From: Lobosporangium transversale
Taxonomy: Eukaryota
Length of the DNA: 64,000 nucleotides
Direction: 5' to 3'
Assembly (NCBI RefSeq): GCF_002105155.1
Contig: NW_019029008.1
Location: 124,001-188,000 of the forward strand
Shown: one piece after another, positions 14,271-28,392 of the stretch
Layout: each line of letters opens with the position of its first letter
Position numbering within the stretch: position 1 is the stretch's first letter
Program-made: the position numbers and the translations under genes
Notes under the pieces: model-generated
Told to the model about the DNA's origin: nothing
The model's database searches: none
Seen by the model: the letters and a program-made list of their open reading frames with translations, nothing else

Positions 14271-15599
14271 ATGTCGACAATTCCTCAAAAATGGAACTTT
14301 GGTGCAGGGCCCGCCATGATCCCACGCCCAGTTCTTGAACGCGCTCAAGCCGAGTTCCTCAACTATGAGGACACCGGTGTTTCCTTGATGGAGCTCTCAC
14401 ATCGTTCAGAGACCTATGAAAACCTCAATAACCGAGCTCAACAACAACTTCGTCAGTTATTATCGATTCCAGAGAATTACAAGATTCTGTTTATGCAAGG
14501 AGGTGGACATACTCAATTTGCGGCCGTGGTCTATAATCTGATCGCATGGAGACATCATCAAAACAAAGCAAAAACAAACAATAAACCCACTAGTGATCAT
14601 TGGAAGGATATTCCAGTGGACTATATCGTCACCGGTGCTTGGTCAGCCAAGGCTGTAGAGGAGGCCAAACGATTGGGAGCGAACGCTCGAGTGATCTGCG
14701 ATGCCAAAAAGAGTCTGGGTGCCTTCACTGGGATCCCAGCAGAAGAGACCTGGTTGACCTCTGATCCCGAGGGCCCTACCCGCAAGGCCGACAAGGAAGC
14801 AGGCCAGACTCCAGCCTATCTTTACTATTGTGATAACGAGACCGTCAATGGAGTCGAATTTTCATTTGTTCCATCGATGCATGATCCGGAAGTGCCCCTT
14901 GTCTGTGACATGTCCTCCAACATTCTATCACGACCTGTCGATGTGTCCAAGTTCGGAGTGATTTATGCAGGCGCTCAAAAGAACATTGGGCCCGCTGGTG
15001 TTTCTGTAGTTATCATTCGGGACGATCTGTTGCAGACCAGTGAAGAGAAGGATGGTCTTTCGCCTGTACCCCTGATGTTGGATTACAAGACCATGGTCAA
15101 AAATAATTCGTTGTACAATACCCCTCCCATGTTTGCAATCTATATGTCAAGCTTGGTCTTTGAATGGTTATTAGATCCTAAAGCCCAAAGGATTCAGGAC
15201 GGAGAAAAAGAAGCCGACAAGTCGATCCAACAGGATTTGGTGGGCGTGCAAGCAGCCGCTGCCAGGAATGCTCGCAAGGCTGGAAAGTTGTATAAGGCTT
15301 TACAAGAGTCCAAGTTGTATCGGATCGTGGTCACGGATGAGAAGAGTCGTTCAAAGATGAATGTACCTTTTAGGATATCGACTGCAGACAAGCTGGATCC
15401 TCATGCAGTTTCGGATAAGAAAAAGGATGAGGCTTTGGAGGCTGCTTTTGTTGCTCAAGCTGAAGCCAAGGGTTTATTGCAATTGGCAGGACATCGTTCT
15501 GTTGGAGGCATCCGTGCTTCGATCTATAATGCCATGCCAGAGGAAGGAGTGGATGTCTTGATTGACTTTTTGAAAGAGTTTGAGAAGCAGAATGCGTAA
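14271..15599 (+). CDS. SER1: Phosphoserine aminotransferase (intronless; true start MSTIPQKWNFGAGPA at 14271)
   Basis: Motifs NFGAGPA, SLMELSHRS, YCDNETVNGVEF, CDMSSNILSR, GAQKNIGPAG (PLP lysine), SLYNTPP and GHRSVGGIRASIYNA. Confidence 0.97.
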   Translation: MSTIPQKWNFGAGPAMIPRPVLERAQAEFLNYEDTGVSLMELSHRSETYENLNNRAQQQLRQLLSIPENYKILFMQGGGHTQFAAVVYNLIAWRHHQNKAKTNNKPTSDHWKDIPVDYIVTGAWSAKAVEEAKRLGANARVICDAKKSLGAFTGIPAEETWLTSDPEGPTRKADKEAGQTPAYLYYCDNETVNGVEFSFVPSMHDPEVPLVCDMSSNILSRPVDVSKFGVIYAGAQKNIGPAGVSVVIIRDDLLQTSEEKDGLSPVPLMLDYKTMVKNNSLYNTPPMFAIYMSSLVFEWLLDPKAQRIQDGEKEADKSIQQDLVGVQAAAARNARKAGKLYKALQESKLYRIVVTDEKSRSKMNVPFRISTADKLDPHAVSDKKKDEALEAAFVAQAEAKGLLQLAGHRSVGGIRASIYNAMPEEGVDVLIDFLKEFEKQNA

Positions 15600-15732
15600 A
15601 AAAAAAAAAAAAAAAAAAAAGCCAAAACAATACACAGGTTTTTTTTTTTTACAAGAGTTTATGATGGTAAAATTGGTAAAAGTAAAAATACACAAAAAAA
15701 ATACATCATCAAAAATTAAATAAATTAAAGGA

Positions 15733-16522
15733 TCAAAACTTGTGTCCAACGCCCGTGCCAAACGAACTTTTCTCATCCGCATTGTACACTTGAACATCCA
15801 CACCTTGCATTCTTCCTTCTCTATCCTCCTCTTCATCATCTTCATCATTCTCCGTCTCCGTCTCAGTCTCTTCTTCTCCTTGTCTCTGATGACGGAGACG
15901 GCGTATCTTTTCTCGCTCGCGATCCAGATCCGTCTCCATAATGGCCTCTTGATCTTCTAAATCCTGAGCTGCCTTCTTCCCATCCTTGTCACTGTTCTTT
16001 TTCTTCCTCCCAAAGATACTGAAACCAGTAGTACCAGCAGAGGCAGCATCAGCCACTAACTGTGCCTTCTTCATCTTGGTCAAGCGTTGTTCCTCTTGAA
16101 TGATTTCAGCATCCGAAGGCCAGAATTGTCGGCGACAATATTCTAGGGCATAATCCGGTAAGAGACATGCCACGGGTATCACCAATAGAGCCAAATAATA
16201 AAACGGCAGCGAATGCAGCATTCCAAAGACTCCGGTCTCCATCAAGCCAACAATTTCAAGTCCAATCCAAACGAGTAAATATCCTCCCATACTAATTCCG
16301 AGAGCCAAGATAATTGGCATTGTGTAATGTGAGATCATTAACAACATCTTGAGTGTCACTGTGATCAGGACCAATGAACCGGCAATGAAGCTAACCATGG
16401 AAACATCCAACGCCACAGAGTCTCCGCTGACAATCCCATGCATGATCGAGCCGTAAATTCCTCCAAACAGAACTATAAAAGATGAATAGCGACAAGAAAA
16501 TATGTTAGCAAATAATGAATTG

Positions 16523-16556
<34 letters not shown>

Positions 16557-17197
16557 ATAATAATAATAAAAAAAAATATATAATATAAACTTACCACCAG
16601 AGTGCCAGAGTGAGGCAAGACCCCATCCAGCCATGGTGAGTGTATTCCAGTAGAGTCCATCTTTAACAGCCTTGAAAAGCTTTGGGTACTGTCCAATGCT
16701 CTCTTCCTCCACATCCTTTTCGAAACAGGCTGTGGCAATGGGCAAAAGAGCTGTGAATACCATGTTCCAAAGCGTCAAGAAATGTTCATCATACAACGGT
16801 CCACCGGACCATCCGTTCATAAATCCAAACCAGAATTGAACCGTGATCAGGCAAATTGATTTGTAAAATGAGAAAAAGATAATCTTGCTCATCCGCAAAT
16901 AAGAGTATCGCCCATGAATTGTCAAGAGACGTCTTAGATTTTTGAATTGTTTGAAACTGAAATCCGATGATCTTGCAGCCTGTGCACCTTCCATACCCTC
17001 GATACCTACGCCTACATGAGCAGCTTGAATCATTGAGATGTCATTGGCGCCATCACCGATTGCTAGTGTCACCTTGTGTAGTTCCTTGCGGACGAGCTTG
17101 ACTACCAGTGCCTTTTGGAGAGGCGTGACACGACAGCAAATGACCTATACAGAAAGAGAGGGGAAAAAAACGAAAAATGAAATGTCAATAATCAAGC

Positions 17198-17232
<35 letters not shown>

Positions 17233-19763
17233 TCGGGATAGCCCAATAGTCTCTAGTCGCTTACCGAGTGACAGTTGGTTCCAATACGAAGGAACATATC
17301 TTCAAAGATCTCATTTCCAAGGACAAACGCAAGACTCTCTCCATTAACTACAAGCGCGTATCGATCCTTCTCTGGCGGTGGAGATGGAGGAGTTGAAGGC
17401 TTTGCAGCCAGTGCTGATGATGACAGACTCTCCTGATATTCTTGCCAAAACCGTTCCTCATCACGGTCGCGTTCCTTGATCTTCTCTACAAAATACTCCA
17501 GTACCAACCGACAGTCCCGCTCCGTCTTGACATTTAATACCAAAATCTTCATGGCAGGCGAGATCAAACGAGAGGAAATACCAATGTTGATCGCAGTCTC
17601 TTGTTTATCGCCCGTTAATAACCAAATCTTAATATCAGCTTCCATCAGATACTCGATCGTCTCGGGCACTTGATCCTGTAGACGATCCTCAATCGCAGTA
17701 CAACCCAGTAATCGAAGTCGGCTCTCAATAGTCTCACAAGCTACTCGGATCAGCTCTTCACGATCTTCGGTCGCATCCTCACCCTCGCCAGTGCCGCCAA
17801 TGTGGCATTCAGCTTTGGAATATTTCTCATCAAAATTACGGTATTCTTCCGGACTGAGAGGCCGCCATGCCAACATGAGAGTTCGTAATCCAGCAATCGA
17901 GAATCTTCGAACTGTCGAGTCCAACTGTCGCATCAACAACGGGTCGTTCTCTTGATTATCTGCTCGGGCCAAGATCACATTGTCAGCACCTTTACAGAAC
18001 AACTGGATCCCTTGAGGTGTATCAATGATGACTGACATACACTTGCGATCTGAGGTGAACTCCAACACCTTTAAAACACGATAGGTCTCAGTCACGATAC
18101 CAAAGATCTCGACTGTGACCGAATCTTTGGTCTTGGCTTTCAAGACCACACCATTATCCCTCAATGCCTCCAACAATGCAGACTCATCAGGTGATTGAGC
18201 CTCATACAGGAGCTCTCCAGTCTTGGAATCCTCACAGGGTATAACTGAATGGCAGACCACAATGTTTCGGCAAAACGCCATCAGCAAGTCATATTCTTCA
18301 TCAGTGATGGAGGGATCTCGCATTCGTTGTCCTAATGAGCCGGGTTGCTGAAGCTCATGGAATGTTCGCCCGCCAATATGCCACTTTGATAGCTTCATTA
18401 CGTTTCGAGTCAATGTGCCAGTCTTGTCCGAAAAGATGTACTCGACTGCTCCAAGGTCTTCATTCAGATTAGAGTTCCGGACATGCATCCGAGTCCAGTT
18501 CTTCTTCTTCTTGTTCTTCTTTTTCTTCAGCCTTGCTGGCAACATTTCACCCAGTTTATGTGTACCTTTTTTCCACAAGCTGGTTGAAGGCGCTCTTTGG
18601 CCCTTATCGTCGCTTGTAACTTTTGTCATGGCTTTTGGCTTTTGAGAAGCTGTCTTTGCTGTTGCTGTTGCTGCTCCTGTTCCTAAAGCCCCTTGCTCTA
18701 GAGCAATCTCTTCCAGTTCTGCTTGACTCAACGGACCTTCTGTGTAGCTCCTCATCTCCTCATCCCAAATCATCCAAAGTGCTTGCACCACACGGCACAA
18801 TTCTACAGAGATAAAGACCGAGATGGGGATCACAAATGTATAGATCACATAAAAGTTCATCAACTGGCCCACAAACAATCTTGCGCTCGTCGGCTGTTCC
18901 ACAAATTCGGATCCTTCCTGAGTTGTATACCAGGCTGCTGGAGGATTCAAAAAACGAGCTCGCTCGCCCACATATGCAAAACACATGGAACTAACGAGAA
19001 GGAACGCATTGAACACAAAGATCGCTACAATCATGCGGTTCAATTTTGTCTCCATAGTCGAGAATTTGAGCCCTGTGTTCTTGAGGTTTCGCATCATTTT
19101 CGTGTCCACGCCTGCATACAAGACTACACCATAAACCCATTCTGTATTCTTGAGCCAAGATCCTCGAAGCACCACATTTGACATGGTCACTGGTGCAATT
19201 TCGTCCAATTTGAAGCGCCCAGCACCAGCACCAGAGCCAACACCAGCACCAGTGCCGCCCCTGTGACTATTGCTTCTGTGAACACTACTAAGGGATGTAC
19301 GGCCACGTTCAAAACTATGTTTTTCATCGTTCATTCCTCTTCCCCCGCCTCCTACTCCTTCCTGTGACTGCAGAGTCTCCAGCTGCAGCGCTGCACTATC
19401 GTATCGCAACTGGATTCGACCATCCAATCTAGACAAGCGTTCGTTTGGCATTTCTGTTGTGATAGTGCCCGTTAAGTAGGAGATTTGTTCCTTTGTAGTC
19501 AGACCTGAAGTCAATGCCAGAGCTGCTTTCCGTTTCAAGTTGGTTTCACCATCCAATTCAGACGTTTCTACAAAACAAGCTCCTTCATCCATTGATGTGG
19601 ATAAGAGAACTACATCTGCGGGAATCTTGTCATTCTTACAGATCTTTAGCACATCGCCAGGACAAATATCTTTGCTCTTGATTGGAATGAGTTGTCCTTC
19701 CTTGACTAATGTACATTCAAGACTGTTCGATCTTTTGTCTTGTTGGTAGCGACGCTATCATAC

Positions 19764-19794
<31 letters not shown>

Positions 19795-22654
19795 TTAAAT
19801 GAGTTGGACAATAACAGTAGGTAATTAATTCTTCAATAAAAAAATAAACATAAATATTAATAATAGTATGGGAGAGAGAAATGACTTACATAGTCTTCAA
19901 GCGCATCCTTGATGGCCGTAATGGTAAGTACCATAGCCAACGGCAAGATCTCGGTCACGGGAGAGAGTGAAGGCTCTGCACAGACAAAGATTGCAGCACA
20001 TAAGAAATAGATGTTGTAGAATCGTTTGAACTATTGGGCCAAATAAAAGGGAAAAATAAATAAATAAAAATGACGAAGGAATTTGTTGTTGTTACACAAA
20101 CATGCACACGACATGGCCCGCATACGCATTAGCGCATTAGAGAAGAGGGAAACATTTTTGCATTGCGCAGGAAATACGCAGTAGTATAAAAAGAATGAAA
20201 GACAAGTGAGAGGAGTAAGGGTGAAGAAGAAGGTAATGGTTGGGTAGTTGATTCCGAACTACACTTAAAAAAGATAGTGAAGTGTAAAGATAAGGACAAG
20301 GACAAGGACAAAAAAAATATGGAGTATCAAGCAACCCAAACAAAACACGTAACCCACTTCATCTTCATAAGATTCAGGTACAGGCTCCTAATAATTAAGC
20401 AATAACCGGTAGCTTGTACAAAAAAAAATAATTTTTTTTGTCCGAACGGCAATTCACATCGCATAGGCGCATAATCCATTTTGCCGATAAAGAGTTTGCT
20501 GGCAACAAGACCGGCTTTCGACTTCTCCATTGACACACTCAAACGATATTTCATCTAAAACACAAACATAATAAACCTTTTTTTTTTTTTTTTTTTTTTT
20601 TTTACCTGGAACAATAAGTTGACGGGCAGGAACGTGAGTAGCGTATACTTCGTGGTCTTGATATTATTGGTCGGATACTTGTACCGAGGCTTTCTCGTCC
20701 TTGGGTCCAGATCACGTCCTGGGAACCCTGCACGGAGAACCTTACGGATTCGACCCAATGTCGTGTGATCCAATCGTCGCTTCTCTTCTTCTGCTGGATT
20801 CTTCGGCTGATTAAACTCGACTTCATATAGATCTAAACGATCACCAAATGTATTTTTATTTCTAGTCGGATCAAACGATCGGATGCTTCCTGCAATACTT
20901 GATCCACCGAAAAAGTTTGTGAATCGATAATCAAAGAAAGAAGTTCGGACCCCGGGACCGTTGTTGAGGTTGGATTGATTGTTCTGTGGTTGCATAGGGT
21001 TATTGATTCCTAGGACAGTAGATGATCCCGCATAGGGTGTTGTCTCATTGCCTGGAACTTGATTTGATTGATGAACCGATGTTGGACGAGAGGGTGGATT
21101 GAAGGCTCGGGATGAGAAGGGTAGTCGAAAACGAGAAGCTAGAGTGGCAGCAGCGAGCGGAGTCGTCTGAACTCCAGGAGCAAGCGAGGCACTATTTGAT
21201 TGGGTTACTGCTGCTGAAGCTTCAGTTCCAGTTCCAACTCCAGCTCCACTTACGAATGGTGCGACGGATGACGAATTGTTGAACAACGGTAGAACTGGTG
21301 TCCCTGGACGCGGCGTAGATGAGCCGGATACCGTAGGTGGAATTAATCCTGCGCCTAGACCCAGTGATGCGACCGCTAGATAGTCGGTTGCACCACCAAG
21401 GCCAGATTTGAGATATTCACTCATGGTCTTTTCATTATTACTCGTATTGCCGATCTCGACACTACTAGAATTATTGCTGCTACCATTGGTAATGTTGTCA
21501 TTGTTATTAACGTTGGAATCAGATTCTGAAACCATAACAGCTGTGTCTGCTGAATCTGTATGACCATCACTATCTGACTGCTGCTGCTTCTCCAGTTCGA
21601 GCTGCTCTGCAGCTTCTGCTGCTGCTGCTGCCTCAGAAATGTCAGGGATGATCAGGTTCAAGACCTGATATTGCGAAACAATCTTCTCTTCCTCGCCATC
21701 AGGATTGTCAGGATCATCATGTTGGGTCAGATCAAGAGTGTTGTCGGTATTAGTTATAGGTTGTTTCATGTTCTCGTCTGCATCCTCATCTTGAACCAGA
21801 ATATCAGGAATGACAGGCTCCCATGTATCAATACTCTGAGGCGGACCTTGATCTAGTGAGAGATTGAGCTGTGTATGAACCAAATCTGTATCATCGCCAT
21901 CCTCATTCAAGTGTGCTGTTTGATCTTGGGTGCGATCGTTTGGAAACAATGCAGCAACAGCCGCTGCTGCACTTCCACTTCGTGGTCGACGAGGCGTAGA
22001 GATTGTGGGCGAATGTGAAGGTGTGACAGCAGTACCAGCACTTGCTCCAGTAGAGCTATTATTACCAGTGGTATTACTAGGAGTGAGTCCTGGTGAAGGT
22101 GGATTTAGGAGTGATAGATTAGGGGGCCTAGGCGAGGTGATGGATCCACTTCTGGATCGTCTGCTCGTAGCAGTGGTGGAATCGAATGCGGAGAGTGAGG
22201 TGACATGGCGTAGTTTTGAAGGATTCGAGACTGAAGAAGGGCCGCTTCGTTGTGTGTTATAGAATGATGGTGATGTTGGCGTTGAAGGTGGTGATGCTGA
22301 CGGCAGCAGTGAGTGAGAGGAAGTCGCAGAAGTAGGGGTGGACGATGGTATAGTAGTAGGTTGATCGTCTGCTAAGACTTCGACTCGTAATGAAGATGAT
22401 GGTGCAGGGGCTCGTGTAGGGTGATATGCCATGGGCAGTGATCCGCTACGAGGACGCGATGGTGTTGGAGTCTGGGATTTGGAGCTGCTCAGAGACGTGG
22501 ACGATGGAGACAACAGTGCGGGTGTACTGGATGTTGATGGAGATGGCTGTTCAGACACAGGCTGCTGCTGTTGTTGCTCTGGAAGAGAAAGGGAAGAGGT
22601 CGAAGACGTGGAAGAGAGTGGTGGTGAAGCGCCGGAAGGTGGAGATGAGGTCAT
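15733..22654 (-). CDS. P4-type ATPase (phospholipid flippase, Drs2/Dnf family). Exons approx. 22654-20606, 20030-19890, 19754-17265, 17144-16595, 16472-15733; long low-complexity N-terminus
   Basis: Motifs NNIKTTKYTLLTFLP, ETSELDGETNLK, PISVFISVE, FSDKTGTLT, YEAQSPDE, CKGAD, WLLTGDKQETAINI, CCRVTPLQKA and AIGDGANDISMIQ. Introns are GT-AG. Confidence 0.95.
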
Positions 22655-23317
22655 TGTGGAAAGATGTTTGGTAGAATGGATAGAAAATACCAGGGTGCTA
22701 ATGCACTTGAGTTTTTATACAAAGTTATTTTTTGCTGTGGAGCAGAATAGTTTGTCCAATCATGCAATTGAATAAGACAAGGGAAGATAAGGCAATGCAG
22801 GGTATGAAGACAAAGGGATGATCGGAAAGAGTGGTGAGAAGAAGAGAGGGGGCAAAGGTAAGTCAATTGTTCAGAAAAGAAAGGAAAAAGAAAAACCAAG
22901 GCAAAGGACGGAATAAACGATGTTCCTGGATAAAAAGAAAAGCTGAAACTTACCCTTCCATACGCTGTTGAGCAAGTGCACACCGGTAGAAAAGAAAGAA
23001 GAAAGTTGTAAGGAGAGGATGAGTAGGAAAGGGAGGGATCAGCAGAGAAATAGTAATAGCAATAATGAAAACAAAAAGGGAGGACCAAGAAGTAAATAGG
23101 TCAAGGCCAAGTAGCGAGGGATGTGGATTTAAGGAGTGGTTTTTTTAAATGTCTGTTGCTTGCACAAATTCGCCTTGTTGGCCCTATTCCTTTTTTTTGC
23201 TTTTCCTTTTTTTTTCTTATTCTAACAGTGGAATGAACAAGTGTCCGAGAAGAACAAAAGTGAATGAGTGAATGCAGAAGCAGATGAGAATGAATTGAAG
23301 AAAACAATAAAAAAAAA

Positions 23318-23323
<6 letters not shown>

Positions 23324-23365
<42 letters not shown>

Positions 23366-23443
23366 GTATAGGATGAGAGATGACTGTCAACTGTTATAAG
23401 AATGAGCGTAAGAGGAGAGGAGAGGAGAGGAGAGGAGAGGAGA
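23324..23443. repeat. (AG)n and (GAGAG)n microsatellites upstream of the flippase
   Basis: Read directly at 23324-23362 and ~23412-23443. Confidence 0.85.
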
Positions 23444-25560
23444 AAGAATGACAGTTTTTGGGGGCGAATGTCTGCTGTAATGAATTGAGTTGTTTATCGC
23501 TGTTTACACTGTATTTAATGATACAATGACAATGTTTAAACTCTGTCGAGAAGTCCTCAATACCAAAAAGGATTGCAGATGAAGAGCAAAGACACTAAAA
23601 AAAACACAGCAGATCAATAAAGATAAAGTACAATAATGAAAGAGATTGGTTCCTATTCCTACTCCTACTCCAATTCCTATTCCTCTTCTACATGAAGTGT
23701 CGATAGGATTGGTCAATGACCAAGGCAACCAATTGGTTCATTAGCACACTAATTGTCAAGGATCAGTTCGCCCGATTTTCATTCGCTTTTTTTTTTTTTT
23801 TTTTTTTTTTTCTTGCGTTCTCTTTTTAACCTTCAATGAAATTATGAAAATATATACAATAGCCTCTCCAGATTTGCTGCAGGGATGTGAATCCTACAGC
23901 CCAACACACACCGCAATCAGAGACAAACGTTGTCGCAGCTCAATATCGACTGGAAGGGAATGCTTATTTTTTTTTATTTTATTTTCCGAGTTTAGCGTCT
24001 AATGTTTGTTTTTTTAGTGGTCCCTGAAAGTGTCTTGAAAGGAGTTAGTCCACTTGGTTCACGCGTCAAAACGTGTGTACGTACCTGATGGTAGGTCATC
24101 AACCATTGCACGTTTTGACCCTTTTTTTGTAGAAATCCCTTTTATATGACATGTACCTTCTTGATCACTCTTGCGTTTTTGCGGCTCCTTTTTTTTTTTT
24201 TTTTTTTCTTTTTTGAACAACTTTGTCCATTGCACGCATAATGAATCAATGTCGCGTCCTTTATTTTTCTTTGTTTTTGTTTTTGTAATTTTTTTCTCTA
24301 TAACAGCACAGTAGAGAAAGAGATCTACCTTGACCTTCGATCCTCTATACGCGTGCGCATGGTTTAAAAAGTTAATGTCGAAAGAGTTAGAATAAAAAAA
24401 AAAGGGGGGGAGCATTCGACCTTGACATGGGTCAACACAGGTGACGACACCATGACCCCATGGTCATAGTGAGCAATAAAGATGCAGTAAAACACATATT
24501 ACCTTGACAGACATCATGAATGGTTATTAAGGTTATAGTTATTTTTTCCTTTTTTTTTTTTGCTCTCTTTCTGTCCTTTATCTTGACAGATTTATGAAAA
24601 TCTGAAATGTCGTTTCGTGATGAACTCTCATTGGCTACAGTCTATGGATACACTCTGTTTTCTACCACGTACGCGCAATTTGTTACCTACGCTGGCTTCA
24701 TTCTAGGAACTTGGACGGAGAGCTAAGCTAGTATTTTCCAACAAGATGTCTAGATGTCTCGGTCGGGTATTGTCACGAAGTTTTGCCCTGCAGCTTCATC
24801 TGCATAAGTCTGATCACAAGCCCTTTTATTATTTTTACAAAGAGTATCCATATACCTTTTGCCTGTAACAGGATCTATTTGTCTCACTGGCTTTCAGCCC
24901 CTCATAAAGAAAAGATGATAGTCAATGACCTTGTAGAGGAAGACAACTCCAGATAGAATGGAAAGGAATTTCATGTCCAATGGCGTCACAGCAATGAGTT
25001 TAAGCATGTCATCTGTGTAATGAAAAATCTGAACAAACTGGAGTGTACTACACATGACGTGGAAAAAAATGCCTCCGATGGATTGCAAGCAAAATATACA
25101 CATGTGTGTGCCTGGGTCTATGAAAGACGTTCAGAGCACGTTTTACATCCTTGGTCCCTGCACTTGTCCAAATGCAATACGTTGTACTATCTTATTTGTC
25201 TTGATTTGGTTGTCGCATTAATAAATGAAAGACGCCTTTCAGATTTATGCATTGCACACCATACAAGGAGATTGTAAGGAATATTGGCCGTCCAATGCAG
25301 TTTTACATAATTCATGGACTGATGGCAAATCCTTCGACATACCACAGTTTCTTTGCCACCAATTTATAACCGCGATATTTTTTATATTACATTAAAAACA
25401 AGAAAGACTTTTTTTTTTTTTTACTTTTGGGGAATTTATTGTCTTGCCATTTATCAAACATCGTATTCACGTCTTTTTTCCTTTTTCTTTTTTTTTACGA
25501 TCTGGCTACAAAAAATGAAATGAAGGGAATGAAGCGAGAGGAACGGGCGTTTTACCATTT

Positions 25561-27220
25561 TTATGATCCAGCAGTGTAAAAGTATACAGACTCCCAGAGA
25601 GGTTGGTAGTCACGAACGATACCTCCAACAAGTGAGATCAACGGCTTCTTGCTTGTAGACTCGCAAAAGTTATGGAGACGCTCCTTCGTGAATTGATCAT
25701 AGAATGGACTTCGAAGTACATAATACAACAAGAGCCACAATCGCCTCTTCATCTCATCCTTCTCCAATGGTGTCGCTCGACCGTTGGCACGACTTGTTTT
25801 CAAGAAATGCCTAATACTTGTTCTCGATACTAATTCGATCGTCAATGAAAGGAACCATGGGTACCACGATTTTTGTCCATACTTGCGCATTGCCAACACG
25901 TAGATCAACGGTCTCAAGATAAATAAATACTCCCCCACAGCTCCTACTCCGTTCATCATTCCCACTAAATCGCGTGGCCGACGGACCACATCCGGCGTCA
26001 AAACTTTGCTCAACAAAAATTCTGTCACATCTGAACCCTTTCCAGATTTGCCATTCTTTTGAACTGCACTTAATTGTAGACGTGTGCTTCCTGTCCTGGC
26101 TCCTATCCAGTGACTTTCATTGACTGACGCTTGTGTCTCTGCAAGATCTGCAAGAGTTGAAGGATCAACATCACGCTCCGTGTGGACCGGATGCATCAAC
26201 ATCCTGTTGTTGGTCAACTTCATCAAACCCAATCGTCCAGCAGCTCTGCACAAAAAAAAAAAAAAAAAAAGAAAAAAAAAAGAATGTTTAGGAGAGATAA
26301 TAAGAAGGTGTTAATGGAACTTTAGGTGATTCTCATAACTGAACAGCATGTACGTGTTGTGATGCGTGCACAGGCGATTTCGGAAGGAGGATAGACATGA
26401 CGGTTGGTCCATCGGTGTGTAACACAAGTGGTGTATGTGTCATTTCGGGTTCATATGAGCACATGAAATTTTCATTTTGGGACGAATGTTGATTCTAGTC
26501 AGAATATTGAGAACTTACTTGATGGCTTCTAGTGCAGTGATGACTCGCCACTTGTATTGTTGGCCCCATTTCTTCTGGACAACCATCTCAACCAACACCT
26601 CTGTGTACTGAATGACTGTCAGGAGCATAACGATCCGCTTATAAGCCATTGAGCTGTTCTGCCAGTCGCGCGTATATCGGTTCAAGGGTGAGGATGTAGG
26701 CCGATGGGTTGGAGGCAAGCTGGCCACATGCTTAGTCAAGATTGTATCGTGGTAAATGCCAAGCAAATTAAGCGTGGAGAACACTAAACAAGGGAAGTCC
26801 CTTTGTGTTAGTCTTTTTTTTCAATCCATCAAGACATTAGGGATATTAGGGATATTAGGGACATTAGGGAGGCTATGAGGACAGAGCTCACAAACAATAA
26901 GGCAGTAGGAGCAAAGAAATGTTACTTACGTGCTTCGGAGGCAAGTTCGGCATCATCAAAGCGTCCTACAATCGAATAAGTAGAGTAGTAATGACAGTAA
27001 TATAGTATGGAATTGAATAAAGAGAAGTCAGTAAACAATAAGCTGTATGCTTTTTCTAGAGACAGCATTCCAAAGATTTGTTATCATTGTTAATTTTTCC
27101 TCTCCTTGAAAGACAATTACCTGGCAGGATATACGTCAAGGATCGTAAGGTGCTTTCAATACTGGAGATCTGTGAGGCATTCTTGTAGATGAATGTCTCA
27201 TATTTTTTTAAAAAGTCCAT
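25561..27220 (-). CDS. PEX16: Peroxisomal membrane biogenesis protein Pex16 (4 exons: ~27220-27121, 26965-26930, 26784-26519, 26245-25561)
   Basis: N-terminus MDFLKKYETFIYKNASQISSIESTLRSLTYILPGRFDDAELASE, then NLLGIYHDTIL, GEYLFILRPLIY and EMKRRLWLLLYYVLRSPFYD, ending DYQPLWESVYFYTAGS. These match Pex16 signatures. Confidence 0.93.
26834..26869 (+). repeat. Four tandem 9-bp AYATTAGGG units (telomere-like TTAGGG core) in a PEX16 intron
   Basis: acattaggg atattaggg atattaggg acattaggg read directly. Confidence 0.8.
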
Positions 27221-28392
27221 CCTGTATTTCCAATCCCTCGTTTGCTTTGTGCTTTGATTTGGAATGCAGTGCTATGTCGTGCGGAAGTAGCAATAGCTAA
27301 GATTGGCAGGAAAGGATGGATTAAAATATCTGATTCGGATTGTATCAATCTTGATTGCTAAAATTCCAGAAGCGTTAAGGAATGAGCCATTCAAAGAGAA
27401 AAAGATAGAAGCGAGAAAGAGTGGGAGAGAAAGAGGGAAAGGAAAAGGGACAGAGAAAGGTGGAAAGAGCGGCATGCGCGTGTGAATAAGTAGGGGACAG
27501 AAAGAGAATAAAATAAAGGGTTAGTTGATCGAATAGGGAAACCTGCGCTTGAACTTTCTGTCACTCCCTTTCGGCTCGCAGGGCTTACATTTCAACCCGT
27601 GTGAGAAAACAGATCACAGAATGGTAGGATGCAAAATGTGAATGTGGAAATGTAGCTTAGTCGTGTGTATTGGAGCAAACGATAAAAAAAAGGGAAAAAA
27701 GACAAACAGACAAAGAGAAAGACGGACAGACAGAAATAAGCAAATGAGTGATGAAGGGAATGTCAATTTGCATTCTTCTTTAAGACAATATTTTCTTTCT
27801 ACAAGAAAAGCGCGTGTGTTAATGAAACGAGGAAACAGTCCTTCTCGATCCCGTGCATTTCAAACCAGGAAAAATGTTCCATGGGCACATGACTAGGTTT
27901 GTTCACAAATAGGGACTGGAGTAGTGATCTTTGTAGGGTCTATTGAGTCCATATCATGCTCATGCTTCTTGTCGTACAATAAGAGCGCCGAACTGGGTTG
28001 TTGAACGATGTCGCCCAAATATGGCAGCATACATGTGTATATATTTATAATTCAGCAGAAACATCAATGGGTCCTTTTGATTTGCTTTTGGGAAACCAAG
28101 TTGGTGGAGGCTCTAATTGGTCAAAGGTCACTCTTGCCAGCTTGCGAAATAAACCATTGAGGCCCTCAGCCCCTCTTTTTTGGGGCCCAAGTGATAAAAA
28201 CAATGCAATATGCATGGACCTACATCTAATACTGAGAAAAGGAAGGGTTCTCTCTCCCACAAAAGTTCAACTCCTTTCCTCTTTCTTTTACTCTTGTCTC
28301 CTTTCACACCTGCGCTCTAATTTTTTTTATTCCTTTACTTATTTTCATTCTCTTATTTATTTCAACATTACTCAAAAGTTCATTCAGAAACA

